Below are positions 40,901-53,600 of a stretch of DNA of 64,000 nucleotides, piece by piece. Position numbers and translations under genes: made by a program. The stretch covers positions 8,392,101-8,456,100 of the forward strand of contig NC_092677.1 in assembly GCF_964355755.1 (NCBI RefSeq). The letters run 5' to 3'. Origin of the DNA: Antedon mediterranea (Eukaryota; Animalia; Echinodermata). The notes below the pieces were generated by a model that saw nothing but the letters and a program-made list of their open reading frames with translations, was not told the origin of the DNA and did not search any database. Within the stretch, counting starts at the first letter, position 1. The number at the start of each line of letters is the position of its first letter.

Positions 40901-43108
40901 ACAAGGGAGCCATAAATCAACCGTTTAGTGTTTTGCCACCGTACGTTGTTTAGATTGCAGAGACTAAAGTGTACGCGATGGAGAACCCCATCCTTTGTGT
41001 GGGAAAATACTGGATGTTCAATTTTCACATCATAATACAAACGAACATCTGTATTTCTCTTTCTTTGATTTCGTGGATTTGCTAGATTATGGAGATGTGT
41101 TTGAATTCCCTCACGTAATGGACAAATGAAATCCTCACGTAGTAATCTGAATTGTACATCAAGGTAATGATATTGACTTGCGTAGATTCCTTTAATTTTA
41201 TTTGGACGAAGGAATGGTAGCTCCATGGAATGGAGATCTTCTGAGCTTGGTAATATTGGAATATCTCTATAGTCATCAGGTGGTGGTCCGTCAGATATTC
41301 CATCTCTTTTTGCAGATTCAAGTTGTCTCTTCTTCTTCTCTGCTGCTTCAAATTCTAGAATATATTTGTCTGTTTTCTTTTTAAAACGTGCTACATTTAT
41401 AAGATCATCTTGTGACAACTTCCGTTTTCCAAATAATTCCTTACTTTTAACATCAAGCAAAGTTGTAATCAAGGCAACATCATTCACTTCTCTAATTTCA
41501 GAAACTAACCCATTCATAAACTTCCATAAATTTGTTTTTATCTCATTTTCATTATCATTACCATCTCCTAAATGAGTTACATATGGAATTAGAACTGTCT
41601 TTAAAAATTGACTTGATTTTATGATATCTACCAGTTTTTTTCTGCTGTTAGATAATTCACACTTAAATATTATTACGTACACTTGCATGATGACTTCGAC
41701 ATCATTATCACTCATTTTCTCTTTTTTTAGCAGTTCGTTGATGCTGTCGGCCCAACCAGATAAAGACTTCATCGGATCAGATGTGTGTAATATACTCTTT
41801 AGATCTCCAATATTAACTGAAAAAGCATATTTTAGTATGTTATTGAATGTAATTTAACCTTTAATAATACTGTAACTATTATTATCAATTTCCAACTCGC
41901 CTTTTATTTTTGTACTATTCTATATTAGTTGACAACAATTATTACAGGGCCAAAATAAAAAACCATTTTTTTGAAACACGATTTCTTTTTAATTCTCATA
42001 TATTCTATCATAGGAGCCCAATACAAAATATCTGTCGTTATATAGTAACAAGTGGTGGGATGAACGGCTTCTGAATTTTGTTTATACAATATCTATCTTA
42101 TTCGATATCTGGTATTTGTTTCAGATTCTGAAAAACAAAATAAAAAATGTACTTACATGCTATACCTTGACGTCTCTTGTTTACTGTGTAACTAGGAAGA
42201 TGTGTAGAATGAAAGGTACCATTTCTAATTACAGGAGATAAGTTAAGATAACTCTTTAGATTTCTACCAGACTATGTTAGTGTCATTTTACGTACTGTCT
42301 ACATAACATTATGTTGTAATTAACAACATTAATAATAATAAAATTGGTGATGATGGTGATATAGTGGTGGTGATAAGGAGGGGAACAGAAGAAGAAATTG
42401 ATGCTGGTACGGTTATTTGCTGTTATTTAGTACATATACCTACCCTTGTGTTTCCTTTTCACCCCCTCTGCCTCTGAAAGTTTTATTTTGTCTTCCATGA
42501 GTTGTAGAGGCTTTCCTGACGTTAACGTGCTCTGTTTGTCTTCCAACGGGATGTTGTAAAAGAGGCGGCTTGTACGTTTGTTGAGGGGTATTTCGTATTC
42601 TAATACGAGCATCTAAGCAACTATCATCGTCCGTTGTTTCATATCTTAAGTGGTGATATTGCTGAAGTGTAGGCCTATCTATAAAGTCTCGTGCTTGTCT
42701 TCCAACGGGATCTTGTAAAAGAGGCGGCTTGTACGTTTGTTGATGGGTGTTTCGTATCCTACCACGAGGATCTAAGCAGCTATCATCGTCCGGTGTATTA
42801 TATCTTAAGTGGGGATATTGGTGAAGTGTAGGCCCATCTTTAAAATGTCGTGCTTGTCTTCCAACGGGATCTTGTAAAAGAGGCGGCTTGTATGTTTGTT
42901 GATGGGTATTTCGTATCCTACCACGAGGATCTAAGCAGCTATCATCGTCCGGTGTATTATATCTTAAGTGGGGATATTGGTGAAGTGTAGGCCCATCTTT
43001 AAAATGTCGTGTTTGTCTTGCAACGGGATCTTGTAAAAGAGGAGGCCTTCTTACAGGCAGCTGATGATGGTGATGTCGCCGGGGATCTTTAGGTCTGGCA
43101 CCTCTCAT
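34924..43108 (-). pseudogene. ZNFX1: ZNFX1-like copy C; exons 43108-42444, 42224-42157, 41816-34924; one in-frame TAA at 40105-40107 (814 aa if terminated, 2541 aa if read through)
   Basis: ORFs 40105-41772 and 34924-40101 are in the same frame, joined by GCT TAA GAA TTG. B and D read AEEMIK here, so a Glu codon became TAA. No other lesion seen; splice sites canonical. Confidence 0.85.
42537..43045 (-). repeat. Coding 159-bp (53-aa) tandem repeat, 3 full units plus a partial, copy C ATG exon
   Basis: Same unit as in A; 222 aa versus 328 aa is a difference of two units. Confidence 0.95.
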
Positions 43109-44285
43109 TGCTAATTATCTATTTAGTAAAAAATTGTTTTTCTTTAAAATGCTTTATTTTTATTAAAATCTCCGTAAGTTTGTGATTTTTTTTAGTCTAC
43201 TATTAAAATAAATAATGGTATGAAATAATAGTGACGTTGCATAATGTCGTAACATCACTGTCTGAAATTCTATTCTGCTGCAAAATTATGCTTAACCTAC
43301 TTTCAATACTGCAACACAGAGCATAGAAAAAATGATTGTCTGAGTTACAAGATATTCTCCTACATATGAGGTATGTATATCAGTTTACACACCAATAGGC
43401 TGCGCGTACATACAATGGGATAATTAGGCTATACATAACAACTAACAGATTAATAGTTAGAGATACCATAATTTGTTTGATATGTATGATGTTCGTTTTC
43501 TAAAAAGAGTGACGTCGTTTACGGTGTGTGCTGAATTATAACGAGGGCGAGGCATAATGAAAATGTGTGTGAAGCATGATTTTACCATTCAAAGTACAGG
43601 GCATCACTTTATTATTTTTGAAATGTATGTAACGTAGACGTTCCAAGCCTGCCTCGCTCTTTTCAATACTTTTTTCTTTTCATGTATAGTGGCCCTTTTT
43701 GGGGAAATTCCGTTATTTTTCACCCGGTAAAATGTAGGCCTACGCATCATATCCGTGCCATGTAACATATTTTACTGTTATTCAATAGGGTAAATGCATA
43801 AGAATTCTATACTTATTTAAGCTGAACAACTTCTGCAGATAAAGGTATACGATGCTGACCCAAGTTACAACACTTTCTGTTTACCTTTAAGTTTTAGAGA
43901 AAGTCTCTGGAACAAATGTGGCTCAAGGAAATAAGAGGACCGTTTGATGCCGATAATAATAACTTCCTGAATATGAAATGACATGTGCAAAACATGATTG
44001 TTTAGTACAGCCTATCAATTACCGTTCGTTCAGAACAATGTTTACACTTGACGTCTGACATGTCTATAATAAGTCGTCCCTCAAATACTTTACTTACACA
44101 TATTATATTTTTTAACTTTCATATTGACCTTCCGTTTTTCGGTATGTGCCTTTCTGTCAAATGTGCCTATATATACTTATTGGTCCTTGGTTCTGTTCAT
44201 GACATTCATTAAATTGACGTCTATTGTAGGCCTATTCACAAGTCATAATAATATAAAATATCTGTAATATTATCTTCTGTATAAT

Positions 44286-44408
44286 ACTTACCATTTATAT
44301 TATGTATATGCTATTTTGTCTGCTTTAATAGTACGAAAATACTGTATTAACTACACCTTTAATAACATAATCCCAGACACTATTAAGATAGCATCCTCGG
44401 GAAATTCC
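44286..44408 (-). promoter_or_regulatory. Candidate promoter and non-coding first exon of copy C
   Basis: acttac 44286-44291 and GGGAAATTCC 44399-44408; duplicate of the A region. Confidence 0.55.
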
Positions 44409-44636
44409 AACATACTGTACGTGTACAATCATGTGATTTAGTGAGTCATATGCAATTTTTTCTTAGAGGATATTGATGAGTAACAAACCAAAATAACTAT
44501 AATAAATAGAATGATTTAAAACATAAATATTTCAAGGCCAATCGACAGTTAGTATTGATTATAATGATTTGAAATAAAATCATTTAAATTATATTTAGAC
44601 TGCGCAGAATTAGTATTTTTGTATAGTCAGTCTTAA

Positions 44637-46614
44637 AGATGTATTGTCCCCCAAAAACATGGGAAATGAAGATTAATTAAATCAGACTTTGAATATGTTA
44701 TTTTGTAGTTTTAATAAAGTTAATCACTTCCGTAGAAAAAAAACAAAAACAAATTATGTTTTCACTTATAAAATAACAAAATAAATGGTTAAAGTGGGGT
44801 TCCGGGTTTAAAATGAATAGTAAAAAATGTAAAATATATTTGTTTGTCTCTTGAACGGTAAAAGTTTCAATTTATATAAGCGCCCAGTAAAGCAGAACGA
44901 AGGCTGTGAAATGAGGCCAGATTACAAGTGCAGCTACGGCTAAATCACACTGTGGTTACAGAATAGGAAATTCGTGAAATGGTCAATCTTCCGACGATTC
45001 GTTATCATTAACCATATCAATTACTTTTGTAAAATTATACTTATCTGATGTAATTTTAGTCGGTCTTCCCATTTATAAAGTCAATTTTCTATGAAAATCC
45101 ATCAAAACAGTGAAAAATTAGATAAGTTTGCACTTTACGTTTGCCGATTTTCGCACTGACTTAGGGAAAGCCTTCAAAATCAATGAAGCGTAAACGTATA
45201 CATTCCTGCTGAGCGAGGAGAGCGAGACGACGATACACGTGCTCTCTCTGCCCTGCCTGGCATCGTCACGTGATAAGCAGATACAGTATACAATACCAAA
45301 CTGGTCGGGTCGAGTATACCCCGTCTATAATCACAACATGAACGATGTACAGTATTTGATTGAAGGTCGACTCAACCTACCGGAATGGTATAGATAATAT
45401 AGCTCGAATGAAAGAGTTGGAATATTTGTAAACATAAGTACAGTATTGCTAATTTTAACAAGTGTAGCCTAGCCTAAGTAAAAGGCCTGGTAGTATCAAT
45501 TCGCATAGGGTCTACTACACTAGCTAGCTCAATTTTTAACTGAGCCGGATCGGCTAGGCTAGGCTAGGTCTCCTTCCTACTACCGGTGTACTTGCTTGAT
45601 GCAGTATCCGCTTTTTTGGAGAGTAAACTAGGCCTACTTATTCGATCGGGACACCATACGTGCGGACGGCGATCGGACCTTGTTTTGCCTCAATATTTAC
45701 AGCCGATTTTTGTAGAACGTTTTAGGTTTAGATTGTTTAGGAGTTTGGTTGATAGGATGGGTGTGGAATCCACTGAGTTTTGTTATTTATGGGCCAATCG
45801 TTTAGTAATAGGCTAGCTAGGCCCATGAATGATGGCCCCAATGTTTTAACGTAGCCATCGTGGCATGGAATCCCTAGTCAGAAATGGCTCTCAACCCTGC
45901 ATGAATAAAATGATTTAGGCTAGGCCTAGCCTAGTACGTGAAGCCGATATACGATCTGTACTACAGTATTATTATTAATTCGAGGTATAAAAATAGTATA
46001 ATTTATGACTCCGTAATCTGTACTAAATTTTGTATTTCATTAAATGTCAAATAAATATATGCTACTACTGTTATTATTACACTTTATTAGGCCTAGCTTA
46101 GCAAATCTACAAAAAATGTATTTCACAATGATCGGGTGGTCGTCGTTTGACAGAGGAGAGAGAACACAACGTACAAGCTTGACGTCGCGAGTTTGGAATC
46201 CACTGACTGATGACGTGATTTTGTGAATATCTCATGAATATTAATGAGCTTCCCTAAGCTGCTGAAATACAGATTTTCCATGAATTTACCCTAAAATGTA
46301 TATGAAATTTAATTTTTTTAATTTCTCGTTATTACTTCTTCATTCTGACATGTCTATATTGTTATAATATTTTTTATTTAATAAATAAACGATATTTAAA
46401 AGCAATTTTAAACCCAGAATCCCCCTTTAAATTCAACTAAAAACCCATTGGCTGGCAGCCAATTCAACCATTGTTTGCTTTAAATTATAGTTTTTTCATG
46501 TAAATACATTTTTTTATCCAATTTTTGGTCAAAGTGGATAACTATTATGTTACATTAAAATGGCATATTCAACAAACATTTTGTTACGATTTTTTTCGGA
46601 GGGATAATACATCT
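44637..46614. mobile_element. Kolobok-like MITE (paralogous site of 13862-14202) split by a nested insertion
   Basis: TTAA|AGATGTATTGTCCC ... GGGATAATACATCT|TTAA. Confidence 0.75.
44793..46426. mobile_element. 1634-bp Kolobok-like non-autonomous transposon
   Basis: TTAA TSD at 44789-44792 and 46427-46430. TIR AGTGGGGTTCCGGGTTTAAAAT versus AGGGGGATTCTGGGTTTAAAAT (19/22). Empty site TGGTTAAATTCAAC at ~14011-14024. AG...CT ends with TTAA fit Kolobok rather than piggyBac. Confidence 0.88.
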
Positions 46615-47665
46615 TTAATTTGACTTAACTGTTTCAATTAGTTCATTTCGATGTGAAGCGTCGAGTGCTGTTTCTGACAACAAGTATGAAATAACAACAA
46701 TCTAAATTCATTGGAGCTTTAATAATAAACACCCATCTGGTTTGTTACTATAGAATAATGTATGCCGGTCTCCCGTACCCGCAACCGAATAGGCCTACCT
46801 AATTATGTTTAACATTAACACTGTCATTTATATAGCGCTTTTACAATGATCAAAGCGCTTTACATTAACCAATCATCAAAAGATGTTTTTTAAGCGCCAT
46901 TTCCACTAGATACGATAACGACACGATAAATCAAAGGTCAAAATAATAGTGAACACGTGGAACATTTTTACTTGTTTCTAAACACCACTAGATTTCTTAA
47001 AATGGCGCCCTTTTTTCAAATACATTATCAATTATATTAATATCCCGTTTAACAAATTACAATCATAATTCTCTTCATGGTAATATACATTATTTTTTAT
47101 TATAAATATTTATTTTATTCATTTATTTATTTCAAAAAACCTCCACAGGAAGAGCTATAATGTCTAGTATATATTACAATTTTAACAAATTGTAGGCTAC
47201 CTACAATGTCTAATTCTACTACTAAATAACATTTAATACTATTAAATTAATATAAAGACGATGTATGTTGAATAATTTAAATACATTCTAAAATTCTTCA
47301 ATACAATTTTTTTGGAATGAATTAGGAAATATCAATTATTTCTTTGTCAGTAAAAACAAATTTAAACACAGAGTAATAATAGTATAAATTTCTTTGATCT
47401 TCTTGCATGCTATATATTAGTCTAAGTTCTAGACTGAAATTAGTAAAAAGATAAATATTTTGGCACATATGGCGTTTCATATGTATAATACATGAGCTCG
47501 TATTGCAGTATACAGAAAAAAATCAAAACGCCGACTGGTGGACTAATATAAAGAAGACAATAACTACAGACTTGGGGCAAGTCTAGCTTTATATATATTA
47601 ATTGTAAACAAAATCAATAATCTATTAATAAAAATGGTGACATCAAGTCAGTGTCTATTAGGTGA

Positions 47666-50600
47666 TCATACGTAGTCATTATGTTTTCCTTTAGCTCCTC
47701 TCCCTCTTCCTCCTCTTGCTCCTTCACCTCTTCCTCCACCTCCTCCTCTTGATCCTCCACCTTCTCCTCCACTCGCTCCTCTTCCTCCACCTCCACGTCC
47801 GCTCGCTCTTCCTCTTTCACCTCCACCTCCTCTTCCGCTCGCTCCTCCTCCACCACCTCCACCTTCTACTTCCCTTGCTCCACCCCCTGCTCCTCCTCTC
47901 CTTGCTCCACCTCCTCCTCTTCTATGTCTCGTTCCACGTCTTCTGTTACGCTGCTGCCTTTGTTGTTTCTGTTGTTCATCACGTGTTATACCATTTCCAG
48001 CAGAGCTGGCACCATCGTGAATGGCAGGGTTATTTTTGTCGTCTTTTTTATTCATGATTATTGGGTCAGCTGGGCGTGACGTAGCATTATTTTCTTTAAC
48101 ATTCTGCTGTTTCACTTGATAACTACCTTTTTTGTCTTCAACAGAAGTAGGCCTACCGAAATCATTTCTTTGAACATTAACAGGAGAATTTATCGACGTT
48201 GAACTGCGTTTTACTTTCTCTATTTCTGTTGATTTGGATTTCCTCTGCCTCTGTCTTTGACGTTTATTTCTTGCAGGTTCACTTTGCAGTTGGTGATCAG
48301 TTTGGTATTTTTCTTCAAGTCCTGTATGTTTGTTACTACCAATTTTTCCAGATTGTTTTATTTTCAGCTTTTCATTTTTATTTGAAAGTATGTTCTGATC
48401 TTCTGCTTTCAATTCCAAAGTCGAGCATTCGTGACATTTCTCAACATCATCGGCATTGTTACCATAGAGCACGTGACCGAAAGAGCATGTCGACCAGCTT
48501 TCTTGACAGAAACTTAAGCATCGGGAAACACTTTCTTTAACAAGTACTACTACTTCAGGTAATTGATCGTCTTTTCCAAGTATATCCCATGCTTTTTCCA
48601 TAATTTCAGACGTCACGTGTGATTTGTTGTGAAGAATTATCGATAATAAAGTGTCTGTCTTTTGGTCTGAAGCTGTTTTACACTGAAACTTCATTAATCG
48701 AACACACGTGTTTATTCGTTGAATATCTGAAGACATGTGAAACACAAATTGTTCAGAAACAATGTTGTCTGAATACCAAATGCGTTGCTGAATGGTTTCT
48801 AGTTGTTGTAAGATGTCCGTTATGTAACTCGAATCGCTCTGTTGGTTTAAGTCATCACGAATAGTGACTAATTGTTTTAGCATTGTTGTCATAATATCAA
48901 ATAGAAGTAGTCTTTGATATTTGATTCCATAGCGGGAGTTCATTTCTTGTAAAAACCAATGTTTACAAGTTGTGTTAAAACATGTTAAGTGAGCGTTAAT
49001 CTTCCGTCGCATATCTTGTATTCGATCTGTCGATCTTTCAATCTGCATCCTTCGCTTGATTTCAGCTATTCTCATGTTGATTATTTTAATAACATTTCCG
49101 TATCTTGGGTTGAATCGAATAATTGTATGACATACTGGACATTGTTTCAATCTTATACCTTCATCTTTATCCATATATTCATCCATAGTAGAAACTTCAA
49201 TTGCGTGAGAACAGTCGTATAAAAATACATATCTTGGTCTCGTTTTACCTGCAGATTTAGCTGGATAAAATAAATGTGGATTGCAAGTTAAGCATTTGTT
49301 TTGGCAGGGCTCGCCACACAGACCAAAGCATTTATGTTTGCAATTAAGGGTCTTCCGACATGGTTGATTGCATCTTTTACGATTACAGAATTCATCACAA
49401 TTTTGTGTACACTTAAAATGAATGCATTCCCATGTACATCGGGCTCCACATGGTTCGCAAATATCGGAACAGGAACGATGGCAGCGTTTGTGCCAACAAC
49501 CTGACGCACACATGTTTTTACAAGGTTGACAAGGAATCATTGAGCAGGGCTGTTGACAATTGTGACCACAGATAAGGTTTTTGTTACAGCATTCAGTGCA
49601 TGGCTTGTGTATCTTGTCATGCGAACAATCTTTACATTTTCCACGACATCGATGTCCACAAACTAATGTGGTTTTGCATTGTTCCTGACAACTGTCGATT
49701 GAACATTCTTCTGAACATTTATTCGCGCAGGTATGGCCACATGGTAATTCTTTTGTACATCCCTTCAAACAGCTAAAGGGTAGATCACGTTGGTAACAAA
49801 CTTGTATATTTTCATGACCACAAGACAGCGTGACTATCTTTTTAAATCGACATACTAAGTGACCGCTAGTTGCAATCTCTGACAAATCTTCAGAACATTG
49901 AACATTCTTCATATGTCCACACTTTAGTCTCTTGTCTACTTTCTCTGTACAACGTTTCGTGCATGGTTTGCAACAAGCCTCTTTACACGTGTGTCCACAT
50001 GGTAGTATCCTTGAGCACATGTCTGGACAGACTTTGAATTCTGAACAAATACGTTTCATCGTGTGTCCACATTCTAGTGTTTCCTCAACATTTTCAAGGC
50101 AGTCAAAATCCTCGAGATCTTCAGATTCACGGCATTCCATCGTGGTTTCATGACCACATTTTAACATTACCACAACATTTTCAAGACATTCAAAGTCTTC
50201 AAGGTCCATAGTTCTACAGCATAGTCTTTCTGTTTCATGTCCACATTCTAATGTTACCACAACTTTTTCATAACAGTTAGTTTTCTCAAGGTCTTTAGAT
50301 TTATAGCATCTAATACTTGTTTGATGTCCACATTTTCGAGTTTTAGTAACTTTTACATTGCAAAGCAAATTGTCTAACTTTTCTTTTCGATACATACGGT
50401 CTGTATTAAGTGTTATCTTTCGATCTACGTTACAAGGTACTTTTTTTTCATGAGTACATGGTAGTCGCTTGTTAACTAATTCAGTGCATTCATCACTATA
50501 GCACGTTTGATGACATTTGCGACGACACTGGTGTCCACATGTTAATGTTTTTTGACATGGCATTTCACAACTAACATGTTTACCGTCATCATGGTGGTGG

Positions 50601-53600
50601 TTGTAGCATTTACATATATAATAATTGTTACATAAGTCACCACAACTGTTTGGACATGGATGACCGCATTTTGTAGGTCGTGAGCACCGTGATGGACAGG
50701 TTGGTGTAAAACACGGAACGCTAACGATATGTCCACATTTGAATTCTTTCTCTATTACCTCAATACATTTGGTTGTGCAAGCATCGCCACATTTCTTTTT
50801 ACATGCATGACCACACGCTAACGTCTTTTCACAAGGTTGCTGACAGGTTCTTATGTAACACTGTACTTCAATATTGTGACCACATCGAGAAAATGATTTG
50901 TCAACAAGGGTCAAACATTTTGATGTACATGGTTTATAACACATTTCTTTACAATTGTGCCCACATTGCAGTAATTTTGAGCACATGTTACGGCAAAGTT
51001 GTGTTTTAGAACAAATGCGTCTGGTTTTGTGTCCACGTTTTAGTGTTTCCTTAACAACTTTAAGACAGTCAATTTCCTCGAGTTCTTTAGATTTATAGCA
51101 TTTTATCATTTCTTCATGTCCACATCTACGAGCTTTAATAACTGTCACATTGCATCTTAGCTCATTGTCTGACCTATTAGTAAAATACTGATATCCATTA
51201 GATACATGACAAGGTACCGTTTTCTCATGATTGCATGGTAGTGTCTTGATAACTAATTCCGTGCAATTATGACGAGAGCACGTTTCATTACATTGCCGTT
51301 GGCACTTATGACCACATTTTAATGTTTTTTGACATAGCATTTTACAAATTACGTGTTTACCATCATCATGGTGGTGGTTAATTCCTTTACAATACTTTTT
51401 GCATAAATCACCACAAACATTTACACAAGGATGACCACATTGTGTGGGTCGTGAGCAAGGCAATGGACATTTTGAAGTAAAACAAGGAACGCCAACAGTA
51501 TGTCCACATTGAAATTCCTTCTCTATAACCTCGGTACATGTTGCTGTGCAAATATCGCCACATAAATTTTTACACGAATGACCACACGGCAGTGTCAATT
51601 TACAAGGGAGCTGACAGGCTATTTTGTAGCATTGAACTTTGAGATTGTGACCACATCGAGGAAAGAATTTCCTGACAAGTATTAAACATCTTGATGTGCA
51701 TTTTTCAAAACATAGTTCTTTGCATTTATGTCCACACGTCAATAACCTTTCACATGGATTAGTGCAGTCTACATCTATTTCTTGTTTCAAACACTGTATC
51801 TTAATCTCATGAAGACATTCCAATTTTATATTAACCATGACTTCACACGGCAAGCACTGTTTAAAACACTTTAGATGACATGCATGACCACGTATGCACA
51901 ATCTAACACAGTTTTCTTTGCATTCGAATTTCTCATGATTTGGATCTCGAGGATGACAAAGAAATGGACACACATGTCCACAGTCTAGACGAGTTTCACA
52001 CATCAGCCTGCATCCTCCCATCGGACATTGTTTAAAGTCAGCGGCAGTAGATACTTGAACTTTTTTCATTGGATGGTTATGACAGTGCAGCTGAAGATAT
52101 TTTCCTATGCAATTTATTGATTGCATGTCTTTAACTATTCTCATCCAGTTTTCATTTTTTTCAGCCAGGTGTTTGAAGTTTCCAATGCAGAACAAACCCT
52201 TTTGGGCTCTTGATAATGCTACACACATTCTGTTCTTTACTTTTAGAAACCCTATATTTCCAGCCTCGTTACTTCTTACTAAAGATAGCAAAATTATTTC
52301 ATTCTCCTCACCTTGATAGCTATCTACGGCCCTTATGTACACATCATGCAGACAACCATACTCCTTTTCTTCAAGTAGTCGTTTCAAATTAAGTACCTGA
52401 CCTGTATATGTCGTCAAAATTGTGATACAAGAGGCATCGTATCCTTGTTGGTACAGGTATTTAGCAAATGCTACACAATACTCAGCTTCGTGAGCATTCG
52501 ACTTACTTAATGTATCTTCCACCGAATCTTCTTGAATATCGTGGTTGATAAAGAACATATTATGAGCTACACCTTTAACGTTATCAAACTCTTTTACTGA
52601 CTTGTCATCGAGGAGATGACTGTAAAAGTGTTTCCTCATGAGTTGTGATATTTCTGGTCGCATTCGGTGTTGTGACGACAACTTCTGACAAGGAACACCA
52701 TTGGTAATCATTCTTTCAAATAAGGACGTGTCAAGGTTGAACTTGGTGGCAAGTTTGTATACTGTAGGATTTGGCTTCAATTGCTGATGGTCTCCAATTA
52801 GAATTAGATGCTCACATTGTTTTGTTAGGCTTGTTACAATGTGTGCTTCTAATATTTCCGCTGCTTCTTCAACAACAACTATTCTTGGCCGTATTTCATT
52901 TATTAAATCTTTATTCATAGCAGCACCAGTTGTTGTCATGCCTATTACATCTGCTCCCCTTAGTACTTCACATTTGGCTTCATAATCCTCTTGTCTCATA
53001 CTGTTGCCCATAACTTGATCATATGCTTGCCGCTGGTCAAACAGTACTTGCTTTAACTTGTCTTTGTATTTTGCTATCCAGTATCGATACAAGCGCCATT
53101 TATCATGAGTAGATAACATTACAAAATTCGCATTGTCTGCTTCTTGTTCCGTCATCTTGTCACCAACAAGAGATAATTGTTCTCGAACTGCTAACTGGTG
53201 CTTTTTCAATGATGCATTTTTACATTTTATTTTCTGATTGTATGCGAGCTGAGAAGAAAGGCCATCGATTATCACATTTTTTTTAGATTCGTAATCCTTG
53301 TCATCATAGTCTCGTTGATCTAACATTATGTCTAATTCAGTTTTAATATTAGCGTTACTGTCGTCTTTTTCATTGCCATCAGTAATTATCTCTTCAGAAA
53401 GTTCATTGACCTCTGAACCAGAAATAATTCCTAGCCATGTAGGTAAAGCTGAACGTCTTCCGTTTTCTCCATCTTGTTTTCTCATCTCTCTCAGGCATGA
53501 CACATGGCGAGCGTTAATGACATTTTCCAAAGCAAATTCACTGACGATGTACTTATCGGAAAGTTTAATCATCTCTTCGGCTTCTATCATCCGAGTGATT

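Noticed and set aside
7416-47660. A-B and C-D as two haplotypes falsely assembled in tandem
   Set aside because: B and D are strongly diverged over most of their length and A and C have different 3' halves. This is unlikely but only long reads can exclude it.
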